Assembly: GCA_029261065.1 (NCBI GenBank)
Contig: JAJDCB010000012.1
Span: 77,430 to 141,429 of the forward strand
DNA length: 64,000 nt
From: Candidatus Omnitrophota bacterium
GTDB taxonomy: Bacteria; Omnitrophota; Gorgyraeia; Zapsychrales; Zapsychraceae
Reading direction: 5' to 3'
Shown here piece after piece: positions 29,981 to 39,221 of the stretch. Below the pieces are notes generated by a model, which saw only the letters and a list, made by a program, of their open reading frames with translations, searched no databases and had not been told where the DNA came from. How positions within the stretch are numbered: position 1 is the first letter of the stretch; every line of letters starts with the position of its first letter. A program made the position numbers and the translations under genes.

Positions 29981-30363
29981 TAGTAAGTCAAGTTTGGGAT
30001 TAGTTCTAATACAGAATTTTTAAGAAAGTCACGTTTGTAAAAATCATCATCAATAATGTCGTTATTCCAGGTGATGATATCAAGGTCAATGGTTCTTGGT
30101 CCAAATTTAATGTTTGAGACCTCGCGGCCTAGTTCTTTTTCGATATCTTTAAGCTGACAACGGACATCTTCTCTATTTTTTTTTGTCTGAATTAATAGCG
30201 AGCCATTAATAAAATCATCTTGTTGTGTGTAACCAATAGGCTTTGTTTTTATAAATTTGGATTCTCCTAAAACTGAGTAGTTTTGATTTAAGAGTTCTTT
30301 TGCCTTAGCAATATTTTTTTTGGGGTCAATGTTTGAGCCCAGACCGATGACAGCGTTATTCAT
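29980..30363 (-). CDS. folK: HPPK (2-amino-4-hydroxy-6-hydroxymethyldihydropteridine pyrophosphokinase), copy 2
   Basis: 127 aa. IGLGSN start, GPRTIDLDII motif. Overlaps folB by 8 nt. Confidence 0.75.
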   Translation of the reverse strand: MNNAVIGLGSNIDPKKNIAKAKELLNQNYSVLGESKFIKTKPIGYTQQDDFINGSLLIQTKKNREDVRCQLKDIEKELGREVSNIKFGPRTIDLDIITWNNDIIDDDFYKRDFLKNSVLELIPNLTY

Positions 30364-30715
30364 GGGTATTACTACTTGTTAATTCTATGGAGACAGAATC
30401 AGCAAAACGTAAGGCAAATGGTTTATCCACGCGTACGGTTGCTGTTTGAGCCAATGGATTATCCAACACAATCTTTAAAAGTTGAGAGGCTAACTTCTCT
30501 ATTAAGAAATAACTTGATCCTTCCACTTTTTCAATGACTTTCTTTGTAATATTTTTGTAGTCAAGAGTATCCTTTAAGTCATCACTGTCACAAGCTTTAG
30601 ATGCATCAAAAGTAATTGTGATATTGATTATTAAATCTTGTTTAACATCACGTTCCCATTCATTGGCCCCTATAATTGTTCTTAGGCGTAGATCGGTTAT
30701 TTGAATTTTTGCCAT
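30356..30715 (-). CDS. folB: Dihydroneopterin aldolase
   Basis: 119 aa. LRTIIGANEWER and DY motif of the FolB family. Confidence 0.8.
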   Translation of the reverse strand: MAKIQITDLRLRTIIGANEWERDVKQDLIINITITFDASKACDSDDLKDTLDYKNITKKVIEKVEGSSYFLIEKLASQLLKIVLDNPLAQTATVRVDKPFALRFADSVSIELTSSNTHE

Positions 30716-30748
30716 TTGAAAGTCCTTATAGTTAGTTTGCTAGCAAGA

Positions 30749-30917
30749 ATAACCAAGGTACAAGATAACAAGATACAAAAAAGAAACAATACCCAATTAC
30801 AAATAACCAAATAGTTTGATTATTTAGCTTTTGGAGATTGATTATTTTTTGCCAAAGCGTCAAGAGACGCTGGTTCGGCCATAGGCCGAATATCTTGTAT
30901 CTTGTACCTTGGTTATT
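30749..30917. repeat. Family C MITE-like element with ~27-bp terminal inverted repeats
   Basis: The left end is aataaccaaggtacaagataacaagatac and the right end atatcttgtatcttgtaccttggttatt. An internal ttcggccataggccgaa palindrome is present. A related element lies at 34975-35175. Confidence 0.7.
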
Positions 30918-31647
30918 ATAATAAGTGTTCTCCCCCATCACAATAAATCACCTGCCCTGTTAAAAAGTCATTTTCAATAAGAAACTTTACTGATTGCGTT
31001 ATATTAGATATATTTCCTTTTCGTTTTAAAGGAATATTTTTTGCTAATCGATCAAGGTGATTATAAGATTTATTTTCAGGTGGAATGATTAGCCCAGGTG
31101 CGACAGCATTTACGCGTATTTGTGGAGCTAATTCTGTTGCTGAAAGTTTTGTTAAATCAGCTAATCCCTTTTTTGTTAGTAAATAGATCGTGTGTTGGGT
31201 TGTATTTGCCGTAATATGCGTGTCTAATAGATTAATAATCGCACCCTTTTTGATAGTTTTAGCGAATTGCTGAGTTAAAAGAAAAGGAGCTTTTAGATTG
31301 ATGTTAAACTCTTGATCAAAGTTTTTACTTGAGTCCGATTTGATTGTAGATTTGTTGAACACAGAAGCATTGTTTATAAGTAAATTAAGCTGTGGAAAAG
31401 TATTTTTTGCGTTATTCACAAGCTTTAATACTTCTTTTTCTTTTTGAAGGTCGCAGCAAAATAATTGACATCTCCCTCCCTTTTTTTTTATTTGACGTTT
31501 ACTTATTTCAGCTTTAGCTTTAGATTTATGGTAATGAAGCGCTATATCAAAACCTTCTTGGGATAAATAGAGTGCAATAGCCTGACCAATTCGTTTGGCT
31601 CCACCTGTAATGAGAACCGCACGTTTTGTTTTGGAGGAGAGTGTCAT
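30916..31647 (-). CDS. Short-chain dehydrogenase, pteridine reductase / FolM-like
   Basis: 243 aa SDR ([17 protein letters not shown]), placed between folE and folB. Confidence 0.55.
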   Translation of the reverse strand: MTLSSKTKRAVLITGGAKRIGQAIALYLSQEGFDIALHYHKSKAKAEISKRQIKKKGGRCQLFCCDLQKEKEVLKLVNNAKNTFPQLNLLINNASVFNKSTIKSDSSKNFDQEFNINLKAPFLLTQQFAKTIKKGAIINLLDTHITANTTQHTIYLLTKKGLADLTKLSATELAPQIRVNAVAPGLIIPPENKSYNHLDRLAKNIPLKRKGNISNITQSVKFLIENDFLTGQVIYCDGGEHLL

Positions 31648-32192
31648 TTGTTGTTTCGAATGAGGCTTAAGAATTCGCCACGTGTAGAGCTTTCTTTACG
31701 AAAGGCGCCCAACATATAAGATGTAATCATACTAGAGTTTTGTTTTTCAACACCCCGCATCATCATGCACAAATGTTTGGCTTCAATAACAACGCCAACG
31801 CCTTTGCCACCCGTATAATGTTGAATAGCATCAGCAATTTGTTTGGTGAGGTTTTCTTGTACTTGAAGTCTTCGAGCGAAAACATCTACAATACGGGCGA
31901 CCTTGGAAAGGCCAATGATTTTGTTGTTAGGTAAATATCCAACATGACATTTTCCGAAAAAAGGCAATAGATGGTGTTCACATAAAGAATAAATTTCGAT
32001 ATCTTTAACGATAATCATCTCATCGTTGTTGGAATCAAATATGGCGTTATTAACGATGGAGTCAATATTATCTTTATAGCCTTTTGTTAAATAACCAAAA
32101 GCCTTGGCTGCACGCGCTGGGGTGTCTTTTAATCCGTCTCGCTTAACATCTTCGCCTATATCTTTGAGAAGATTTTTGTAATATTCTTCCAT
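31644..32192 (-). CDS. folE: GTP cyclohydrolase I
   Basis: 182 aa. CEHHLLPF and GLSK-AR motifs. Confidence 0.9.
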   Translation of the reverse strand: MEEYYKNLLKDIGEDVKRDGLKDTPARAAKAFGYLTKGYKDNIDSIVNNAIFDSNNDEMIIVKDIEIYSLCEHHLLPFFGKCHVGYLPNNKIIGLSKVARIVDVFARRLQVQENLTKQIADAIQHYTGGKGVGVVIEAKHLCMMMRGVEKQNSSMITSYMLGAFRKESSTRGEFLSLIRNNK

Positions 32193-32271
32193 GGGATTCC
32201 TTTAAATTAAGGTTAAAAAAAGATGATAACATAGCGCTTTGGTGAAGTCAATGAATGGGAAGTTTGAGCTG

Positions 32272-32416
32272 ATTAGTGATAGAGTGGTAAAGTGATATAG
32301 CTGATTGTGTGGAAGTTAGTGATAGTTTTTATCTATTGGGAAAAATTTTTTTCTCTACCAACAAGTTTATATCTAACCTACCACTAAACCACTTTATCAC
32401 TCTATCACTATTTTCC
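32272..32416. repeat. Family B MITE, ORF-less (hairpin-forming)
   Basis: gattagtgatagagtggtaaagtgatatag ... ccactaaaccactttatcactctatcactat inverted ends. Confidence 0.7.
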
Positions 32417-32482
32417 CTTAAAATATTATGCTATAATACGCCTTTCTATTATCAAAACATTTAAATAAGGAAATTTATTCAC

Positions 32483-33286
32483 ATGAAACCCATTTGCGAT
32501 TATCACATGCATACCCCCCTTTGCGGTCATGCTGTTGGTCAACCTTCAGAATATGTTGAGCAAGCGATTAGCTTAGGTCTTGAAGAAATAGGCTTCTCCG
32601 ATCACGCCCCCTTTGTTCATATGACAGATCCAGGTGTGACCATGAACATGCTCCAACTGCCTGACTATTATCAAATGATTGAAGAGGTTCAGCAAAAGTA
32701 CAAAAGTGAATTACGCATCAAGATGGCCATTGAAGCCGATTTTATTCCTGGTTACGAAGAAAAAACAAAAGCCATTCTTGCTGATTATCCTTATGATTAT
32801 GTGATTGGTTCGGTGCATTTTATTAAGGAATGGGGATTTGACAATCCTGATGAGCGTGAGAAATGGGATGAGCAAGATGTGAATCAAGTGTATCATGATT
32901 ATTACGAACTTCTTCGTCAAAGCGCACAAAGCGGGATGTTTGATATTATGGCGCATGTGGATTTGGTTAAGAAATTTGGTGATCGCGCCACGGAAGATAT
33001 GAGTGATGAGGTTCGTAAAACAGCTCAAGTGTTTAAAGAATCTGGAGTCGCGGTTGAAATCAATACCTCCGGTTTAAGAAAGATTGTCGAGGAGATGTAT
33101 CCTTCCCTAGAAAATCTAAAAATATACCAACAAGCAGGCGTCCCTCTCACCTTCGGCTCTGATGCTCATGATCCGATGGATGTAGGAAAGGACTTTGACG
33201 AGGCTTTTGATCTTGCTAAGGAAGCTGGATATTCTGAGTATATTTTATTTAAAGAGCGTAAAGTTGAAAAAATTATTCCCTTTTAA
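32483..33286 (+). CDS. PHP-domain histidinol-phosphatase family protein (HisJ-like)
   Basis: 267 aa. DYHMHT start with conserved His/Asp metal ligands (SDH, GSVH, HVD, GSDAH). Confidence 0.7.
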   Translation: MKPICDYHMHTPLCGHAVGQPSEYVEQAISLGLEEIGFSDHAPFVHMTDPGVTMNMLQLPDYYQMIEEVQQKYKSELRIKMAIEADFIPGYEEKTKAILADYPYDYVIGSVHFIKEWGFDNPDEREKWDEQDVNQVYHDYYELLRQSAQSGMFDIMAHVDLVKKFGDRATEDMSDEVRKTAQVFKESGVAVEINTSGLRKIVEEMYPSLENLKIYQQAGVPLTFGSDAHDPMDVGKDFDEAFDLAKEAGYSEYILFKERKVEKIIPF

Positions 33287-33989
33287 ATTTATCCTGCTTT
33301 TTGTTTTTTTGGTGATAGGTGCGGTGTGTTTTAATCTCCGTGATCATTTACTATGGAAAAAACAACAACTTCAAAATTTTACAATTTATTATAAACCCGA
33401 TTCGTATGCCCAGAATCACCTTCAAGAGGCAATGAATTTATACGAAAAATCATATCAACATGCCTTCGCCTTTGTTCCAGAAAGTAAACACAAAAATATT
33501 AAGCTTTATCTTTATGATGAATTAGAACTCCTTGGGTTTTCACGCTATGATGATCAAAGTGTTCATTATGTGTTCTCTGAAAAATTTCAGTTGATTTCAT
33601 CGCATGAATTTATGCATTTGTTTTTAAAGGATTTTAATCCTAAAGCCCCCGTAAGGCTTGAAGAAGGTTTATGTCGTGTCAATGAAGCAAGGTCTCATGC
33701 GGTTAATGGTGAAGTAAAAGTTATTCCTTTATATGTTATGGGCAAATTGAGTCCGCAGATTCAGTGGCATCTTCAATATGTTTTTCTTGATCATTATCAA
33801 AATGATCAAGAAGGCAATTTGGCTGCGGCTTTTGTAAATTTTTATTTGGACTCATGGGGGCAAGCAAGCTTTTGGAGTTTTTATAGAGATGTGACCATGG
33901 ATAATTGGCAGGCATTGCTTGAGAAAAGGACGCAAGTATCCATAGAGAAAATTGATAACGATTTTGCTGATTTTGTAAGTCAGTTATAA
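33270..33989 (+). CDS. Membrane-anchored protein with an HEXXH zinc-metallopeptidase-like motif
   Basis: The ORF-track frame is open from 33195 and overlaps the PHP gene. A probable TTG start lies near 33270. It has an N-terminal hydrophobic helix and an HEFMH motif. The start is uncertain. Confidence 0.4.
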   Translation, partial: KLFPFKFILLFVFLVIGAVCFNLRDHLLWKKQQLQNFTIYYKPDSYAQNHLQEAMNLYEKSYQHAFAFVPESKHKNIKLYLYDELELLGFSRYDDQSVHYVFSEKFQLISSHEFMHLFLKDFNPKAPVRLEEGLCRVNEARSHAVNGEVKVIPLYVMGKLSPQIQWHLQYVFLDHYQNDQEGNLAAAFVNFYLDSWGQASFWSFYRDVTMDNWQALLEKRTQVSIEKIDNDFADFVSQL

Positions 33990-34016
33990 CAAGGTAAAAA
34001 ATTCTAAGGAGAAATA

Positions 34017-34481
34017 ATGATAGAAATTAAAGGCATTGATCACGTGGCCTTAAACGTGAAGGATATTGATAAATCTGTTGAGTTTTATACTAAAGTGATT
34101 GGTCTTAAGGTCACGGAACGTGAACCTTCAAAACCCGGCATTGAGTATTTTCTGGATTGCGGCCCCTCTCTTATCGGTATCATTCAAGCTCAGGATTTGG
34201 AGACGAATCATCCCTTTGCGCATGAAGGATTAGGGGCGAATCATTTTTCATTTCGAATTGCGGCCCGCGATTTTGATGCATTTATTCAGAATCTTGAGGA
34301 GAATGATGTGAATATTGAGTTTGCCAAAAAGCGTGATAAGTCTTGGTCGTTGTATTTTTACGATCTTGATGGCAATAAATTAGAGGCAACTGCGTGGCCG
34401 CGTGAAGATGGGTTGCCAGATGAGATGTGTCAGAAATTGATGTATGATCCAAAGACAAAAACGTGGAATTCTTATTCATAA
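34017..34481 (+). CDS. VOC family protein (glyoxalase/bleomycin resistance/dioxygenase fold)
   Basis: 154 aa. GIDHVALNVKDIDKSVEFY beta-alpha-beta-beta-beta module, duplicated. Confidence 0.7.
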   Translation: MIEIKGIDHVALNVKDIDKSVEFYTKVIGLKVTEREPSKPGIEYFLDCGPSLIGIIQAQDLETNHPFAHEGLGANHFSFRIAARDFDAFIQNLEENDVNIEFAKKRDKSWSLYFYDLDGNKLEATAWPREDGLPDEMCQKLMYDPKTKTWNSYS

Positions 34482-34504
34482 AAAGTTTTAGTTGAAAGGA
34501 CGAA

Positions 34505-34978
34505 ATGATTATTCAAGAAAGAAAAGTGGCTCCAAATTTTAACCTTTCTGCCAGTAATGGCCAAGAAGTGAGTCTTAAAGATTATAAGGGTAAAAAGAAT
34601 GTTGTTCTTTATTTCTATCCTAAAGATGACACCCCAGGATGCACAACGCAAGCGTGTGGATTTCGGGATGAGATTAAAGCCATTGAGAAAAAAGATACGA
34701 TTGTTTTAGGTGTTAGTCCTGATAAGATTAGTAAACATGAAAAGTTTATCGCGAAACATGACCTTCCTTTTCTTCTTTTAAGTGATGAAGAAAAAAAGGT
34801 TTGTGAGTTGTATGGGGTTTGGGTTGAGAAAAGTATGTATGGCCGAAAATATATGGGGGTTGCGCGTACGACGTTTGTGATTGATATGAAAGGTAAGGTT
34901 GTTAAAATTTTTGAAAAGGTTAAGCCGAAGGTTCATTCTGGGCAGATTGTTGAATGTTTGAATACGCTGAGAGAATAA
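34505..34978 (+). CDS. bcp: Peroxiredoxin Bcp/PrxQ
   Basis: 157 aa. YFYPKDDTPGCTTQACGF peroxidatic/resolving Cys motif. Confidence 0.85.
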   Translation: MIIQERKVAPNFNLSASNGQEVSLKDYKGKKNVVLYFYPKDDTPGCTTQACGFRDEIKAIEKKDTIVLGVSPDKISKHEKFIAKHDLPFLLLSDEEKKVCELYGVWVEKSMYGRKYMGVARTTFVIDMKGKVVKIFEKVKPKVHSGQIVECLNTLRE

Positions 34979-35175
34979 CCAAGTAACAAGATATCCCGCT
35001 TTTAGCGGGACCAAGGCAAGAAATCCCGGCCTTTGGCCGTGACCTCGGCGTCTTTCGCTGCCGGGCAAAAAAAATTCAAAAATCAAAATACAATATTCAA
35101 ACGTTTGGTTATTTAGTTATTGGTTATTGTTTCTTTTTTGTAACTTGTTATCTTGTACCTTGGGATTTCTTGCCC
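34975..35175. repeat. Family C MITE-like element
   Basis: aataaccaagtaacaagata ... gttatcttgtaccttgg inverted ends, with nested hairpins cccgcttttagcggg and ggcaagaaatccc/gggatttcttgcc. Confidence 0.6.
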
Positions 35176-35552
35176 TTATCTTGAAACACCCAATCCAATG
35201 CCGCAACCTTCTCCGGCCAATAATACATTCTCGATCGTAATATCTCCCCCGTCTCTTTATGAATCACCACCAAATACCCCGTAAAATCCATATTCACATC
35301 CACGGTAAAATCAACAAACCAATAATCAGGATACTTTAACGCATGTTTATCTTCTCGGAGTTTGGGCTCCAAGGCTTGAAAGTAGCGGTTATAAGGTGCA
35401 TTTTCTAATTCGTTAACAGCCATATCAACGGCCTCGTAACGATTCACACCATTGGCTAAATTGATCATATCTAATTTTTTATTTTCGAAATAAGAACATC
35501 CGTTGAGAATAAGGCTGCAGGTTATTAGTAAATAGCATATTCGATATTGCAT
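35148..35552 (-). CDS. Small lipoprotein, paralog 1
   Basis: 134 aa. Lipobox LILNGC. Shares the YWFVDF...YLVVI-KE-G-I...WP...LDWVFQ motif with the adjacent gene. Confidence 0.6.
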   Translation of the reverse strand: MQYRICYLLITCSLILNGCSYFENKKLDMINLANGVNRYEAVDMAVNELENAPYNRYFQALEPKLREDKHALKYPDYWFVDFTVDVNMDFTGYLVVIHKETGEILRSRMYYWPEKVAALDWVFQDKGKKSQGTR

Positions 35553-35553
35553 A

Positions 35554-36078
35554 TTATTTTTTTGTTTTGTTTTGCGAGTTCGCTCGTTGAAAAACCCAAT
35601 CTAAATTGGTATGAACTTTGGGCCAATAATCTTTTGCCAAAATAATGTTCCCGTGCTCTTTTTCGATGACAACAAGGTAGCTAGGCGCATCGTAGGCAAG
35701 CTTGGGAGAGAAATCGACAAACCAGTATTTGGGGAATTTTTTGGCATCTATATCCGTGCGAATTTTAGCGGGGAACGTTTTGTAATAAGATTTAAATTCT
35801 GATTTGACCAAACATTTTTCAGCAAGGGTGATGGCTTCATAATTGTTGATGCCGTTAAAGTAAACGATTTTTTTGTAGTCGCGTTCAAGCGTTGAGAATT
35901 GGGCGCAGCCGGTGAGCGTTGTTATAGAAATGATTAAAAATAAAAAGGTTGATCTTTCATAGCACCACCTGTCATTCCCGCGAAAGCGGGAATCTCGAAA
36001 GAGTCTAATTATTAATGGTTTCCCGCTTCCGCGGGAATGACAGGATTTATTAGGATGACAATTTTTTTTAGCCTTCAA
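35554..36078 (-). CDS. Small lipoprotein, paralog 2. The N-terminus as drawn reads through a family A repeat.
   Basis: 174-aa ORF with lipobox TTLTGC and the same C-terminal motif as paralog 1. The first ~38 codons are the in-frame translation of the MITE at 35971-36042, so the true start is uncertain. Confidence 0.5.
   Translation of the reverse strand: MKAKKNCHPNKSCHSRGSGKPLIIRLFRDSRFRGNDRWCYERSTFLFLIISITTLTGCAQFSTLERDYKKIVYFNGINNYEAITLAEKCLVKSEFKSYYKTFPAKIRTDIDAKKFPKYWFVDFSPKLAYDAPSYLVVIEKEHGNIILAKDYWPKVHTNLDWVFQRANSQNKTKK
35971..36042. repeat. Family A MITE-like element with terminal inverted repeats
   Basis: gtcattcccgcgaaagcgggaatc ... gtttcccgcttccgcgggaatgac. Confidence 0.75.
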
Positions 36079-37289
36079 GAATATTTCTCCTTTATATACC
36101 CCTCCAACAAAACAATAAACTCTTCCTTAATCTTATCCCCTTTTAACGTCGTATACTGCTTCCCATCCGCATAAACAGGCGCCACCGGTTTTTCTGATGT
36201 GCCTGGCAAACTGATACCAATGTCAGCATGACGACTTTCTCCAGGACCATTAACAACACATCCCATAACAGCAATCTTAAGTTTCTCAACACCAGTATAT
36301 TCTTTTTTCCAAATAGGCATTTTACGTTCAATATGTTCGTTAATATCTTTAGCAAGAATCTGAAAGTAATCGCTGCTGGTGCGTCCGCATCCAGGGCAGC
36401 TTGTGACACTTGGTCGAAAATAACGAAGGCCAAGTGATTGAAGCAAATGTTTGCAAACTTCAACCTCTCTACTTCTTTTGACATTAGGTTGTGGTGTTAG
36501 GGAAACACGAATCGTATCACCAATACCTTGCTGTAATAATATCGCTAAGGCAGCGGAACTGGAACTAACCCCCTGAATCTCTGCCCCCGCTTCTGTTAAA
36601 CCTAGATGAAGAACATAGTCACAGCGCTTGGCTAATTTTGAGTAGACGTTCACCATATCTTGTAAGATCGACATCTTAACACTCAAAATAATTTTATCTT
36701 TACACAGACCAATTTTTTCAGCGAGTTGGGCACTTGTGATAGCGCTTTGGATCATGGCTTCATAGGTGACCTGTTTGAATTCTTGAGGTGCTTTTAATGC
36801 AGCGTTTTCATCCATTAAGCGCGTTAACAGCTCTTGATCGAGCGATCCCCAGTTGACACCAATGCGCACAGGTTTGTCGTATTTTATGGCCATCTCGATG
36901 ATACTTGTAAAGTTATCATCATGCTTTTCACCTTTACCCACATTGCCTGGGTTGATGCGATATTTACCTAGAAGTTTGGCGCATTCAGGATGTTTTTGTA
37001 AAAGGGTATGGCCATTAAAATGAAAATCGCCGATGATAGGTGTTTGATAACCTTTTTCACGAATCTTTCCAATAACCTCTGGGATAGCGCGGGCGGCATC
37101 ATCATCGTTAACAGTCAATCGAACCAGTTGTGAACCGGATTCGATTAATTCAATAGACTGGGTTACCGTTTTTGAGATGTCCGCTGTAGGTGTATCGGTC
37201 ATTGATTGGATGACAACGGGAAATTCGTGACCGACTGAGACATTTCCTATTCTAACAATGGGTGTTTTTCTACGTTTGACCTGCTCCAT
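36075..37289 (-). CDS. ispG: 4-hydroxy-3-methylbut-2-en-1-yl diphosphate synthase
   Basis: 404 aa. RIGNVSVGHEFPVVIQSMT start and a C-terminal CPGCGRT ... GCVVNGPGE Fe-S cysteine cluster. Confidence 0.9.
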   Translation of the reverse strand: MEQVKRRKTPIVRIGNVSVGHEFPVVIQSMTDTPTADISKTVTQSIELIESGSQLVRLTVNDDDAARAIPEVIGKIREKGYQTPIIGDFHFNGHTLLQKHPECAKLLGKYRINPGNVGKGEKHDDNFTSIIEMAIKYDKPVRIGVNWGSLDQELLTRLMDENAALKAPQEFKQVTYEAMIQSAITSAQLAEKIGLCKDKIILSVKMSILQDMVNVYSKLAKRCDYVLHLGLTEAGAEIQGVSSSSAALAILLQQGIGDTIRVSLTPQPNVKRSREVEVCKHLLQSLGLRYFRPSVTSCPGCGRTSSDYFQILAKDINEHIERKMPIWKKEYTGVEKLKIAVMGCVVNGPGESRHADIGISLPGTSEKPVAPVYADGKQYTTLKGDKIKEEFIVLLEGYIKEKYS

Positions 37290-37424
37290 TTTATCCCTAA
37301 TCCTCTCACTTTTCTAATTTACTAATTAATGAATCATGATATACTGATTTTACAAATTTCCAGAAATGCAGTATTAATTTTGTGAACGCACCAATTATAG
37401 GGAATAATCGAGGCTAATTCAACC

Positions 37425-38345
37425 ATGGATATATATTTAGCAAAAACCCAAGGATTTTGTGCTGGCGTCTCTTTTGCCGTAGATATTGTAGAGGAGGCCT
37501 TAGAAAAATATGGCTCCCCTCTCTATGTCTATCATGAAATCGTTCATAACACGTATGTGGTAGATGGATTTAGGCAAAAAGGGGTTATTTTTGTTGAGGA
37601 TGTTAATGATGTGCCAGTCGGTGAGAAAATTATTTTTAGCGCCCACGGTGTTCCTCCCAATGTTATAGAGAAGGCCAATGAAAGAAAGCTAAAATTTGTT
37701 GATGCCACCTGCCCTTTAGTGACCAAGGTCCATAATGAGGCTACTAAATTTTCAGAAAAAAATTATGAAACTGTTCTTATTGGTCATCATGGCCATCAAG
37801 AATTAATTGGAACCGCGGGCTACGTGGATCCTAAATTACTACATATCATTGAAGAAGAAAGCGATATTGATAAGCTTAACATTGATGAAAATGAAAAGGT
37901 TGCCTACATTACACAAACCACCTTATCTGTTGATGATACAACCAGTATGATCGAAAGACTCAAACAAAAATTCCCTAATCTAAACGCCCCTCCTCGTTCC
38001 GATCTTTGTTATGCCACTCAAAATAGACAAGATGCCGTTAAAGAGTTAGCTGCTTTTTGCGATATTATTATTATCTGTGGCTCCCCTAATAGTTCCAATA
38101 GTAATCGATTACGAGAAACGGGAGAAAAATATGGGACGGAGAGTTATATTGTTGATACGGCTGAAGAGTTAGATCTAAAACTACTTGAAGGTAAAGAAAA
38201 AGTGGGGGTCAGCTCAGGCGCCTCTGTTCCCAGGGTTATCGTTGATCAACTTGTAGATCGTATTGCTGCGCGTTTTGAAAATGCGACTGTTCATAAGTTT
38301 GATAATCCAGAGAAAAATATCGTCTTTGCCCTTCCTGATATTTAA
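37425..38345 (+). CDS. ispH: 4-hydroxy-3-methylbut-2-enyl diphosphate reductase
   Basis: 306 aa. GFCAGV start, HNTYVV, ATCPLVTKVH, SSNSNRL motifs. Confidence 0.9.
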   Translation: MDIYLAKTQGFCAGVSFAVDIVEEALEKYGSPLYVYHEIVHNTYVVDGFRQKGVIFVEDVNDVPVGEKIIFSAHGVPPNVIEKANERKLKFVDATCPLVTKVHNEATKFSEKNYETVLIGHHGHQELIGTAGYVDPKLLHIIEEESDIDKLNIDENEKVAYITQTTLSVDDTTSMIERLKQKFPNLNAPPRSDLCYATQNRQDAVKELAAFCDIIIICGSPNSSNSNRLRETGEKYGTESYIVDTAEELDLKLLEGKEKVGVSSGASVPRVIVDQLVDRIAARFENATVHKFDNPEKNIVFALPDI

Positions 38346-38363
38346 TCCAAATTAATTTTTAAA

Positions 38364-38618
38364 ATGGCAAAAGTTATTATAGATGATGTTGAGTTTGATG
38401 TCCCAGATAATTCTCTGATTGATGAGATATGTGAGAACGCCGGCATTCCTTTTAGTTGCAACTCTGGCGTTTGTGGTACCTGTCAGATTGAAATTTTAGA
38501 AGGGGCTGAGAATTTGGATGAGCTTAATCAGGAAGAAGAAGATTTAGGTATGGATAAGAATAATCGCTTGGGATGCCAGTGTAAGATTAAAAGTGGTGTT
38601 GTTAAAGTGACGTATTAA
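38364..38618 (+). CDS. 2Fe-2S ferredoxin-like protein
   Basis: 84 aa with CNSGVCGTC ... C-C cysteine pattern. Confidence 0.6.
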   Translation: MAKVIIDDVEFDVPDNSLIDEICENAGIPFSCNSGVCGTCQIEILEGAENLDELNQEEEDLGMDKNNRLGCQCKIKSGVVKVTY

Positions 38619-38647
38619 GAGATGTAAAGTATCATTATCAAACAGAT

Positions 38648-38770
38648 TGTCATCCCGGACTTGATCCGGGATCTATGCTTTTTATGTTTCATGCTCCATT
38701 TGATTCCCGCTGGAGTTTACCCCATAGGATTCCCGCTTTCGCGGTAATGACATAAGGGGCGGTAATGACA
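38648..38770. repeat. Family A repeat cluster
   Basis: tgtcatcccggacttgatccgggatc ... ggattcccgctttcgcggtaatgac ... ggtaatgaca. Confidence 0.7.
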
Positions 38771-38789
38771 GTATCAATACAATGCAATT

Positions 38790-39218
38790 ATGTTTCAATT
38801 ATCAAACATACCAATAAATTCCATAACATTACGTGATGAATTACTTAGTCCCCAGGCAGGTGGCTATTGTGCCTTTGAGGGTTGGGTGCGTAATAATAAT
38901 GAAGGTAAAAAAGTTGAAGCCCTCGAATATGAAGCGTTTGAGCCTTTATGTCTTAAAGAAGCCAATTTAATTTTTCGGGAAGTTAAACAAAAATATAATA
39001 TTCTTGAATTTAGATGTGTTCATCGCATTGGGAAATGTCAAATTGGTGAGATGGCTGTCTGGGTTGGTGTAAGCGCGGCTCATCGTGACGATGCCTTTAA
39101 AGCGTGTCGTATGATAATTGATGAGATTAAATTGAGATTGCCCATTTGGAAAAAAGAATATTATGTGGATGGGGTATCCAATTGGATTAAAAATGAACTT
39201 GCCTCAGCAGGGAAATAA
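38790..39218 (+). CDS. moaE: Molybdopterin synthase catalytic subunit
   Basis: 142 aa. GWVRN, LEYEAFEP, HRIGK-QIGE, AHRDDAF and PIWKKE motifs. Confidence 0.8.
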   Translation: MFQLSNIPINSITLRDELLSPQAGGYCAFEGWVRNNNEGKKVEALEYEAFEPLCLKEANLIFREVKQKYNILEFRCVHRIGKCQIGEMAVWVGVSAAHRDDAFKACRMIIDEIKLRLPIWKKEYYVDGVSNWIKNELASAGK

Positions 39219-39221
39219 ATT

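Noticed and set aside
30732-30941. 69-aa ORF between folB and the folM-like gene
   Set aside because: Lies entirely within the family C MITE and overlaps the folM-like stop. Composition is repeat-derived.
34778-35086. 102-aa minus-strand ORF overlapping the bcp 3' end and a MITE
   Set aside because: Antisense to a well-supported bcp gene and runs into repeat sequence, so it is a likely artefact.
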